Assembly (NCBI RefSeq): GCF_009914755.1
Contig: NC_060927.1
Strand: one strand, 5' to 3'
DNA: 64,000 nt
From: the human T2T-CHM13v2.0 reference genome, Homo sapiens
The notes under the pieces are model-generated. The model saw only the letters and a program-made list of their open reading frames with translations. It searched no databases and was not told where the DNA came from. Positions 53,740-64,000 of the stretch are shown here, in pieces (within the stretch, counting starts at the first letter, position 1; every line of letters begins with the position of its first letter). The position numbers were made by a program, and so were the translations under genes.

Positions 53740-55087
53740 GTAAAGTATTTAATGTCGTTCTCTGTATTTTACAGTTTTTTTAAAGACCATGATCATTTTT
53801 AATCTCCTAAATTGATGTATGTAGGATTATTCTTTTCAAAAACATTGACTTTTGATGAAGTGAGCATTATTTTCTTCTGTGGCTCTTTAGCAGCATGTTT
53901 GGAAAGTAATTTTGATAGAGACTGAGAGTTGACCAAAATGAGAGATTAGAAAAAGAAACCATTTTGAACTGCTACAAAGAAAAGTAGCTTTATAAATAAA
54001 GCATTTTTGTACATTCATGAAAATCTGCTTAACATAGCTTCCCGGTTTCAGCTTCAGCAGTCTCATTGCCTGCCAAGATTCAGTGGATAGCAGGCAACTA
54101 TCTGGGGTATGAAGTCTTTTAGTATAAAGCATTAAAGCCTAATTCCTGCAATTGACTAAAAAATCCCTCTGTCTATGCGCATCATCGCCCGAGAGATGCT
54201 TCTTGTACTGCAGTGCCGTTTGTCAGGCCTTGTTGGACCACGTAGGATGAAACTGAAGTAGTTAAGCTACCTGTGGAGGGATGAAAGCCTTGGGCTGCAT
54301 CTTGTTCCTGCCTCCAGCCTCAGCATTAGGGTTCTAAAGAAAAGCCTCTCTTTACAATTTGTTAAATTTGTATCTATTTGCTAGGAACTACACCTTGTGG
54401 GCTCTTTTTTGTGTCCAGACCTCTGGGTTCAATAGTCATGTTTTATCTCAACTGTTTTTCTCTTGACAACAAAAGCATACAAAAAAGAAAATATGTTGAA
54501 GAAATATGTACAAAAAAATCTGAATACATTAAGGATTTCTCTGTTAGGGACATATGCTTTTCAAAATCCTGTAGATTGAGAGCCTCTAAACTGATTACCA
54601 ATTAAACAAGGTGGGAAAATTAGAAAACAGTAATAAGCCAATGTCCTCAAAGCAGGAGTGCAGAAGCACTCGAGGAGCTTTCTGTTTTGTTTTGTTTTGT
54701 TTCTGCCATTTATTCTGAGCCCAACAAATTGATTATGGGCTCTGTTTGTTAAAATATGTAATGTAAAATATGTAAACCAAAATAATAGTGTAGTTGTAAG
54801 AGGCACTGGACTTGTAAAAGACCATATTTAAGCCCAGATTTAAATAATTAATTAATTCAATACAGAGCCCCCAATACATTCCAGCCACTGTCCTGCCCTC
54901 AAGGAGCTGACAGTCTCTGTGCTAGCTCCATGCCCTCCCCTATGTCACCTCCCACTGGAAGCCTCTATGTCTGCAGCTACAAAAAATAGCTACAACTTTA
55001 TCATCTTAAATAGTTGTGAGAATCAAAGTATGATATGTGTATCAATTCTTTTTTAAAATTTTTTTGTGTTATATGTTATGTTATATA

Positions 55088-55381
55088 TTTTTTGAGACAA
55101 AGTCTTGCTCTGTCATCAGGGCTAGAGTGCAAGTGGCTTAATCATAGCTCACTGCAGCCTCAAACTCCTAAGCTGAAGCAATTCTCCTACCTCAGCCTCC
55201 CAAGTAGCTAGGACTACAGGTGTGTGCCACCACACTAGACTAATTTAAAAAGTATATATTTTTGTAGCCACAGGGTCTCGCTAAGTTGCCCAGGCTGGTC
55301 TTGAGCTCCCTAGATCAAGTGGTCCTCCTGCCTCAGCCTCCCAAAGTGCTAGGATTATAAGTATGAGCCACCATAACTGGA
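55088..55381 (-). mobile_element. AluJ
   Basis: atcatagctcactgcagcctcaaactcc J diagnostics. Confidence 0.92.
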
Positions 55382-55449
55382 TTAATTTTTTTGTATGTTG
55401 TAAAATGTTATGTAACTATTAAGAAGTATCTTTGTTATCAAATAACTAC

Positions 55450-55744
55450 TTTTTTAAAAAAATGCAGACATGTCTTACTCTATTGCCCAGGCTGGAGTGC
55501 AGTGGCATGGTCATGGTTCACTGCAGCCTCAAACCCCTGGGCTCAAGTGATCCTCTTGCTTCAGCCTTCCGAGTAGCTAGGGCTACAGGCACATGACACT
55601 ACACCCAGCTAACTTTTAAATCTTGTTGTAGAGACAGGATCTTACTATGTTGCCAGGGCTAGTCTCAAATTCCTGGGCTCAAGCAATCCTCCTGCTTGTC
55701 TCCTAAAGTGCTGGGATTATAGGCATGAGCCATTGTGCCTGGCC
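55450..55744 (-). mobile_element. AluJ
   Basis: tcatggttcactgcagcctcaaacccctgggctcaagtgatcctc. Confidence 0.92.
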
Positions 55745-55763
55745 TAACATTAATTTTCTTCTT

Positions 55764-56059
55764 TTTTTTTTTTTTTTTTTGAGACAGAGTCTCGCTCTGT
55801 CTCCCAGACTGCAGTGCAGTGGCACAGTCTCGGCTCACTGCAAGCTCCGCCTCCCGGGTTCACACCATTCTCGCCTCAGCCTCCCAAGTAGCTGGGACTA
55901 CAGGTGCCCGCCACCAAGCCCGGCTAATTTTTTGTATTTTCAGTAGAGACGGGGTCTCACCATGTTAACCAGGATGGTCTCGATTTCCTGACCTCGTGAT
56001 CCGCCCACCTCGGCCTCCCAAAGTGCTGGGATTACAGGCATGAGCCACCACGCCCAGCC
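55764..56059 (-). mobile_element. AluY
   Basis: ctgcaagctccgcctcccgggttcacaccattctc and gacctcgtgatccgccc; 14-bp TSD ttaattttcttctt (55750-55763 / 56060-56073). Confidence 0.96.
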
Positions 56060-56359
56060 TTAATTTTCTTCTTAATATGCAGAATAATGTCCTTGCAAAG
56101 CAAGATGACACTCTCCAGCTGCATTTCCATAATAAATTAACAACAGGCATGAAGCCTACAAGAAGAGTTGAGATATACACCCATGTTAAAGCAAGAAAGA
56201 TAGGCCTACTTTCTAAGGGATTATGACATATGAAATTGTTCTCATGGATATTGTTATGTTTTTAGAAAAATTGTTATGTTTTTTAAAATTCAAAAAGATA
56301 TATTTAAATCATTGAGAAGACCTTTCATGTTATAATGAGTTATTTATTTTTTAAAATAC

Positions 56360-56496
56360 AGAATATACATTTAAATTTTCCAAATACTGATTGAACAGTC
56401 TCACTGAGTCTGGTAAATCAGTATTGGAAAATCTAAATATATAATTCTATGTTAACATATAATCCTACATTGAACTGAATTTAATGTAGGATTATA
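56360..56496. repeat. Cluster of three adjacent inverted repeats
   Basis: 44-nt imperfect arms at 56360-56403 / 56405-56448; 12-bp palindrome tatgttaacata; 14-bp perfect stem tataatcctacatt / aatgtaggattata. Confidence 0.92.
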
Positions 56497-57039
56497 ACCC
56501 CTTACCCTAATGTTTTGGACAATAATGCTCATAGTTTTTCTGAGATAATTAAGTTTCCTCATAGATACTATAAAATGCATTAATTATTCACAGTGATGTA
56601 TATCAGGATGAAACATGAAAAGGATACTGAATGAGGTACTATAATTTTAAGCAATAACAGCAATGCTTATTATTTAAGGATAAAAGAAATAATTTAAAAC
56701 ATATTATAATTATAACATATTGTTAAATTTTCTAAGTATAGCCCTGATCTTTAGTGTCAGAAAATCTTCACTCAACAAGTTGGAAATGGGCACATTAAGA
56801 ATATGTGTGAGAATCCACTAATTATTTATCTTACCCATTTAACCCTTTATGCACACTAAATCAAAATTCTCTAAAATCCAGGCAAAAATGTAATAGAATT
56901 TTTCTACTACCAAATCAAGGACTACATTTAACACCTCTAGTGTTAAAGTGAGTCATTGTTCAAATTTCAGAAATTGAGTCTTGGTCCTGTTTGTCCAGAC
57001 TTGGATTATCCTTGAACCAATCATCATAATATAGTTGAT

Positions 57040-57590
57040 GTAGTCTGTCAATAGGCTTGAGTCAACCAGAATCTATTTCTAGGGATATTGCCAAAGCTAC
57101 TCATAAAATGTTGATGGGAAATGCTGGCAACAGTTCAGAAAGGGAAATTGGCAAATGGATGTTGAGAAAGCAAGTGTAGTTCAAGGATGGTACAAGTCTG
57201 GCCAAGACTCAGTTTACAAACTTTAAGTAATGACTTGCTTCATCATTAAAAGTGAACAAGAAACCATGTAGCTCTGGGATCTTTCTCTAGCCATCTTAAG
57301 ACCATGGGAATGCATCCTACCTGAAAATAAAGTCAACATAGGAAGGGGTCAGATGAGTAAAGGGGAGAGAAAGATAGAAATAGATATAGAGAGAAGGTGT
57401 GGGGAAAGACGGAGAAAGAGAGAGAGAAAAAGAAACCCTTATTTATATGATTAGAGCCCTAAATAAAGCCTTGTCTGAAGCCAAATCTATTGAACTTTTC
57501 GTATATATGAGTCAATACATTACTCCTTTGTTTCAGCCTATTTATATTTGGTTTTTGGTTACTTGCAACTAAAAGCTATCTAACTGATAC
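57040..57590 (+). mobile_element. MLT1 (H-K-like) MaLR LTR
   Basis: cagcctatttatatttggtttttggttacttgcaactaaaagctatctaactgataca is an MLT1-type 3' end. Left boundary uncertain. Confidence 0.65.
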
Positions 57591-59989
57591 AAATCATAAC
57601 ACTTAAACTAAACAAAAGAATTAAATGCCTTCATGCATGAGATAGGCTCAGCAAATTGAAGTGGACAGCTGGGCATTTGTATCGCTGCGAGAACTAAAAA
57701 AAAAAGTATAAGGAATGGAAAAAGAATCATGAAAAAAGTTCCTCCTTAAATAGATTGTTTGCATTGATTAGATAATTGGATACTGACTCCATTTCATTTT
57801 GAATGGTCTTTTTCTTTGTAGACCTGACCCATTCATTCAACGTATTGTCAATATTTGTCTTTGAAGTTCAGTCAAAACATGGAAAGCTTAATTTTCACAT
57901 ATCAATCTGAGCTTGTGGTTAAAATTCATGACTATAATAATTAAAAGGGAAGAAGAAATTTTAAAATCCATTAATGTAATTTAGCGTGAAAAATATAAAT
58001 GAATCAAGTTAAAAATAAACATTTTAAGATATTTGATGATTCACTTATTTTGAAAAAATAATTGTTTACATGTTGCTTAAAACTTATCAGTGATGACAAA
58101 ATTTTACATAAATAAATTTGGGTGATGTCTCTTCAAATGGATATTCAAGTGCTATTATTTCCTTATTTCCTATTATTTCCTTATTTACAATTCTATATTT
58201 TTATGAAAATTACTTTTATTATTAAAATGACATAGTGTCTAACCGATCATCTTGTTTATAATTTTTACGTATTTCTAATGCATTTTGAAAATCTATCTTC
58301 CTAATCTGTTAGTAGTTACTTGAAACAATGCATTACTAGCATTTCTTGAGTACAAATTTAAAAGCATGTATTGAACATATTATCTACAAGTTGTAGTTAC
58401 ACAAATATTTATTGGCAAATGGTGCCTTTTAGCTTTTCAAGAAATTTCTATTAAAAGGAAATGTTAGTACAATTGAATGCAACATTGTGTATTCTTACAT
58501 ATGAAACTAATCAATGTGTTCAGAGCAGCTTCAGAATTGCTCCATGTGAGAAGATCCAGTACATTATGCTATTCTCATTAAAGAATGTCTTCAGATTCTC
58601 TCTCTCTCTCTCTCTTGCTATGTCTTTCTCTCCCTCTATCCACCTACCTATCAATTTATCTTGGTAGACAATGGAGTAGTATGATCTTATATGACATAGC
58701 TTCCTTTAAGTTCCAACATAACAAATGACAAACCTTTTTGGCCATAACAAAACTAAGTATTTTTTAGTAGGCCTTAAAAGAAAAAAAAGAAAGGGAAAAC
58801 TAAAAACTTGTTTTTGAGCAGAGTGGGCTTTAATAATATTGATTAGGCTTTTCCAATCAACATGGAGGAAAATATTCAAAAGAAATGGGGAAAATTTTAA
58901 TTTGTGCAGATAGCTTCCATATAGCATGCATATAGATATGATGGCTGTTCTTTATCTGAATAATTCAGGGAGCTAGAACTCTTTACGAAGAACTGATATG
59001 TGTGGAGACAAATGCCAGATCAACTGTCTTCAAGCAGTCAGTTACATAGTGAACCTAGGAGTCTGAGGTAGGAGCTGATAACGGAGTATTCCGTAGAACT
59101 AAAGATCAACATTCATGAGCTGCCAGTCGGAAGTCCTTGGACAAAAGGAAAAAGAGCTTCAGAATTCACTTTGAAGGACTGTTCATCAGGGATCTTAAAT
59201 GGAGTGAGCGTAGGGGGGAACCTATTGTCCAAAGTCCACAGAAAGTAGAGTCAATTCTCTGTTTCCTGGGGAGTGCAGGCTGGGCTTACCAAAGGTGACG
59301 CAGATCTGACATTCACCCAGAACTTCTCAAGTTTCCAGGATTCTGTCTCAACAGTTTTGATTTTAGAAATGATTCAGCTGGGGTACAGTCTAGAGTTTTT
59401 GTTTGTTTGCTAAAAGACTTAAAGACAACCTGAGATGTACACTTGGAAGCAAAATTACTTTAAAAAGTGTTTTCTACTTTTTCAATATTTCTCAACGATT
59501 TTACAGCTTCTTATTTTCTTAGCATATCATTTTTCAAATACCTGTCACTTTTTACAAATTATAGAAATTCCAACTAAACTTTGGAGTTTATATGTGTGAT
59601 AAAATCCATTAGCGTACACCCTATCTTTATATTTTTATGTTATGGACCAACACTGTCATTTACTAAACAAAAACTTGCACGGATTCCTCACTGCCTTTGT
59701 GTTTCTATATTCTGCTATTCCTTGCAAGTATCCAATATTTCTCCTTATTATTCTGTTCAGTATTATCCAAATATGTCTTGCATGTCTGTGTCTCTAAGTT
59801 GTAAAGGCCCATTACCCTCTAAATTCTTAAGGTTCAGTGCAAGTGTTATATTCTCCACCAAAAGCTCTTTAGAGTTTCATTCAAGTTGGACGTAGCCTCT
59901 CTTTATGACTCTGTCATGCATTTGGCACTTGTGTGCTATTTGGCATTATGATATGATATTCTTCCGAGAATATCATAAGCAGAGCATAA

Positions 59990-61155
59990 GCAACTGAATT
60001 TTCATTAGAATATGTTGTTTCCTCTTCATAATTGAATTATTTGTGGTTTTCTTTATGGTTCAGGGTATCATCAGTGTTCTATGAGTATTTGAAATGAATG
60101 TACGCTGTGTAATTGTCTATTCTATACATGCCACTTAGACTAAGTTCCTTAATCAGGTTGTTCAAATATTCTGTATATTATTCATGTTAAAATCTCCTAC
60201 TGTGAATATAAATTTGTCCATTTTCCCTTGTAGTTAGTCAATTTTCACTTTATATGTTTTGAGATTATTTCTTCGGTGTTTATACATTCAAATATATCAT
60301 ACCTTCCGGAATAGCTGAACCACTTATCACATGAAGTGACATTCCTTATGTGTAGTAATTCTTGTTTTGAGTATTAATTTTGGAGCACTGTTTGTATTGG
60401 TATCTTTATGCTACGTATTTTTTGCTTTCAACCTTCCTGTATCTTCCCTTTATATATGTCTCATTAATAGCAAATAATTTCCAATTTAAATGCAATCTGA
60501 TAGTCTTTTAATAGGAGCATTTGGTCCCTTTCATTTAATGTGATTAATATGTACTTAGGCTTATAGTTTTCATCTTAATTAGGGTTTCTTCTTTGAATCA
60601 CATATTGTTTTCCTTGAGGTTTATTTTTTCTTTAGATTTAGATGTTTGCCATTAAATTTTTCTCTCTACTATTTAGAAGTTATAAATACATTTTGTATTC
60701 TTTTATAATTAATCTAAGAAATTACAACTTCTTAGAGATGCCATGCCCCTGCTCTGCTTAATGTCAGGTAACTTTCTTTGCAGTCTCTTGGGAGGGAGGG
60801 GGAAGTTCAGAACTTTAGGGTTCCTACTTTATAGAGGAAGAATCTTTTTTTAGAACCACCTTCTTCATCCCAGTTTTGGTAAGCCCAGGACTTTGTCTTC
60901 TGACCTTTGCATCTCACGAGGCCATCAGTATTAAAGGGTTCTCTTTGTTTACCAAATTCCCTTAGGTTGAAGATAGCCTCGTAGTTTTATTTACCTGGGT
61001 TCCCATCACAACTTAAATTTTGACCTAGTAAGTTCTTAATTTCTTGCTAATTCTTAGATGCTGTTAACAAGATTTGTTTTGTATTTTATTTGGCATTATA
61101 AGTTATTATCAGTGAGTGGATTAATCTGATATCCTAGCCCACCATATTTTTAGTA
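59990..61155 (-). mobile_element. Ancient L1ME/M5 fragment (endonuclease region and upstream)
   Basis: gttaaaatctcctactgtgaatataaatttgtccattttcccttgtagt...tttatatgttttgag. Confidence 0.6.
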
Positions 61156-61236
61156 AACAAAATCTTCTCTTCCTTTCCATCCATTTATTTCCTGGCAGCA
61201 AATATGGACTTGGAAAATTGTGTAGATTGATTGGCA

Positions 61237-61726
61237 TATAAATCAGGTTTGCATCAAGAAAAAAAGAATACACTAAAAAATGTGCAATTTAAGAGAATTT
61301 AATCAAGTGCTTATGCACATGGTGTGGACAGGTAGAGCAAAACAGAAAAGGGATACCATTGCTACTGCCTCTAAACCAGGTCTAGTAATTGCTACTACTG
61401 TAAACCTGAAAGGGCAAGAAGAGAGAGCAGTTGTAGGACCGGGCAAGTACTTTAGCTGTAAGAGAAGAGCTGTGGCTTTTAGTCAAGCAGAGTTGTCACT
61501 GCATAAAGTGGACAGCCAGGGAGGGTACTGGAAAATAAATACTCCAGTCTTTCCCTTAACCCAACCTGCTGGCCTCTTGTTGATGCCTTCAATTGGGTAA
61601 ACTAAACCCGAAGCCAAAGAATAAAAGAACCAGGTAGATGTAGTTCTTAGAGGTACTTCTCCTGGGGTAAGGTTAATGGAGGGTAGCAAATAGATGTGAA
61701 TGAACAAATAGAAAATATGCAGCAAA
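61237..61726 (-). mobile_element. ERVL LTR (LTR33/LTR41-like)
   Basis: gccttcaattgggtaaactaaacccgaagccaaag...gatgtagttcttagaggt...caaatagaaaatatgcagca resembles the recalled consensus. Confidence 0.6.
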
Positions 61727-62914
61727 GATAGTGCTTCAGGTGATTAGTCTTCTGATTCATTTTATGATTTATGATTTGTGGAAGTGTTTGGTAGACAGAT
61801 GAGAAAAAATTGTCAATTTTTACATTTCTGAGGGATACAAAGAGAGTAAAAGTTATTTTTTCTCATATTCGTATTATTTAAAATGTCTTCCTAGTTACAT
61901 AATTTTACTAAATAAAAAGAATACGATTTAATTCAATGTTAATTGTTTTTCCAAAAGTATGCAAGCTCACATGAATACTTGCACATATGGATGTGAAAAT
62001 GTGTGCGCATGTATTAGACAATCAGGGGATAGCTATATGTACTTGAAAGTTTACAAGTTATGATGGCAGAGAATCTAGAAGCAGTTTATATTCAGATTTT
62101 CCGGCAAACAGTTGGCATTTAGGAAAGATAGCTGCAGACCACAGCATCTCAATCATCAAAACTGTGCCTCTAGAACAGATTCTAGTCACAGTGAGGATCA
62201 GGAAAATTAAGAAAATGAAAGAACAATCTGGAAGTCCAATCCTAGAAGAAGTTATTTTCTAGAGCCAGGTGGACAAGAAAGGGACTCAAGTATATATAAT
62301 GGGACAAATATTCAATTAAACTTAGAGACTCTAGAAGAACTATGCCTAGGAAACTAACAAATGCTTACTTATTGGAATTGAGACTCAGAGTTAGCAGCAA
62401 GTGTTATTCTTCAAATCTCTTTGAATAAGATTGGAATTTTTTCTAGATACTTGGTATAATTATTCACAATACAGGTGAAAATGAAGCTTTGTTAGTTATC
62501 ACGGAAGAAGAAGATTGGGAACCAATTAATCTGGCTCTTAATAATTGCAACAAAAATGCAAGACAGAATTGTCTCTGGACCATAAAATTGGCAGCAGTTA
62601 TTTTTCTCTGCACATGATGAAATTAAGGGATAGAGAGAGGCAGCTATTTCATGTCTCTTAGCTCTGACACCCCTCACCCTATTTGAATACAAATGTTCTC
62701 TGAGTGGAACACATTTTTATATCTTGAAATCTTTTAAACTTCACATGTCATAATTAAAGCTGTCATCAAATTTTACATGAAAGGCAGAAATTGGTAAATG
62801 TGAGCTGGAAATGTAATTTTTAACTACCAATACACACACACACACGCAGCAATTTTTTGAATAATTAACTGCCCCTAAATGTTCTCCAGGAGTTTCTAAT
62901 TACAACTTTCAACG

Positions 62915-63890
62915 GTGAATTTTTTTTAAATCTTGAAATAAATGTACAGAAAGTTGCAATAGTAAAAGTATTTTTTCTTAACTACTCAAGAGCAAATTAC
63001 AAACATAGTGAATATCTCTGACTTTGTCAGTGAATCATCTGACAAACAATGACATACTCCTACACAGATGATGCAACCATCACAATCAGAAATTAATCAT
63101 TGATACATTACTACCATGCATTCCACAGACTCAATTAAACATTTTCCATTTTTCCCAGTAACATCCTAAATTACAATAGGGTCCAAACTAGGCACATGTA
63201 TTGCATCAAGTTGTCAAATCCTCCATTTCCTTCAACCTGGAAGAGTTTCTGTCTTTTCTTGACTTCCTTTGCTTTGCTACCTTTGAAGATTCCATACCAA
63301 TTATCTACAGTATTGTCCCTCCAATCTGGGTCTATCTGATGTTATCTCATGAGGATATTCAAGCTCTGAATCTTTAACAGTAATACTACAGAGTGAGACT
63401 ATGTTTTTCCTATTGCATTTTATGAGCTGGTGCATGATATTACCATGTACCAGGGAACAATTTTTTCCCCTGTTTGTAATCAGTTGATGCCATTACTATG
63501 GATCCAACGTTCGTCACTGTCTAATATGGGCTATTCACCCTACATCAAATGTTCTACCTGCCCCTACCATGATGTAGTTAACTTCCTTACTCTACTCAGG
63601 CTCTAACAAGGTATGTTTCTCAGCTCTTAAAAGCAGATGTCCTTCTCACTCTGCTTCAGTTTGTCCCATCTCTGGTGCTGCTACTACCTATGATCACTTG
63701 ATTAAGGTGGTGGCCGCCAGGTCTCCCTATTGAAGTTACTTTATAATTTTTTTCTTTTATACTCAGTAAGCATTTGAAATCATGTAGCATACTGCCCCAA
63801 ACCACTGCTACCTTTAGCCACTAGTATTTGTGTTCACTGATACGTGTTGCCCAGTCATTTCTATGATGATGCCAATGGTGACTTTCCAAC
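62915..63890 (-). mobile_element. L1MC-type 3' UTR fragment
   Basis: tacagaaagttgcaa...cattgatacattactacc...tattgcatcaagttgtca...tgatcacttgattaaggtggtg. Confidence 0.65.
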
Positions 63891-63894
63891 TTCC

Positions 63895-64000
63895 TTTTTT
63901 TATTTTGTGTTTAAGACAGTTTCACTCTGTCACTGCAGTGCAGTGGCACCATTTTAGCTAAGTGCAGCCTTGAACTCTTTGGCTCAAATGATCCTCTTGC
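63895..64000 (-). mobile_element. AluJ, cut by the window end
   Basis: aagacagtttcactctgtcac...tgcagccttgaactctttggctcaaatgatcctc. Confidence 0.85.

Larger units (their letters stand above)
53740..64000 (+). other. NAALADL2: Following NAALADL2 intron (continues beyond the window)
   Basis: GT donor at 53740. The next expected peptide (EIRVVSMQVQT, recalled) is not seen in the window. Confidence 0.8.

Noticed and set aside
62478-62620. AG followed by an open frame ENEALLVITEEEDWEPINL...
   Set aside because: Weak pyrimidine tract, ends in a stop with no donor, and does not match the NAALADL2 peptide I expect next.

Overview
This is human (primate) genomic DNA, AT-rich and dominated by interspersed repeats, not a microbial window. 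It contains one recognisable coding exon: 53596-53739 (+), 144 nt, phase 1-1, encoding (D)ESFRQSRSNLTSLLVQPISASLVAKLISSPKARTKNEACSSLELPNN. I recognise this from memory as an internal exon of NAALADL2 (residues ~364-411, carrying Ser at the recalled P385S polymorphic site). The rest is intronic: Alu, L1 (PA2, PA3/4, PB, MA, MC/ME), L2, MIR, MaLR/ERV1/ERVL LTRs, Tigger/hAT/mariner MITEs, a U6 retrocopy and microsatellites. The other supplied ORFs are L1 ORF2 fragments, Alu read-throughs or apparently chance. I found no evidence of a new multi-gene system. The most unusual structures are: three back-to-back palindromes in apparently unique sequence (56360-56496); an L1 with a 30-nt 3' transduction nested in an LTR; a two-subfamily MER41 chimera under one TSD; a zero-spacer head-to-head Alu fold-back; an old ~270-bp local duplication with half a MADE1; and a twin-primed L1PA2 inserted at the centre of a palindrome. 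Repeat subfamily names come from recalled consensus sequences, not a database search, and old-repeat boundaries are approximate.
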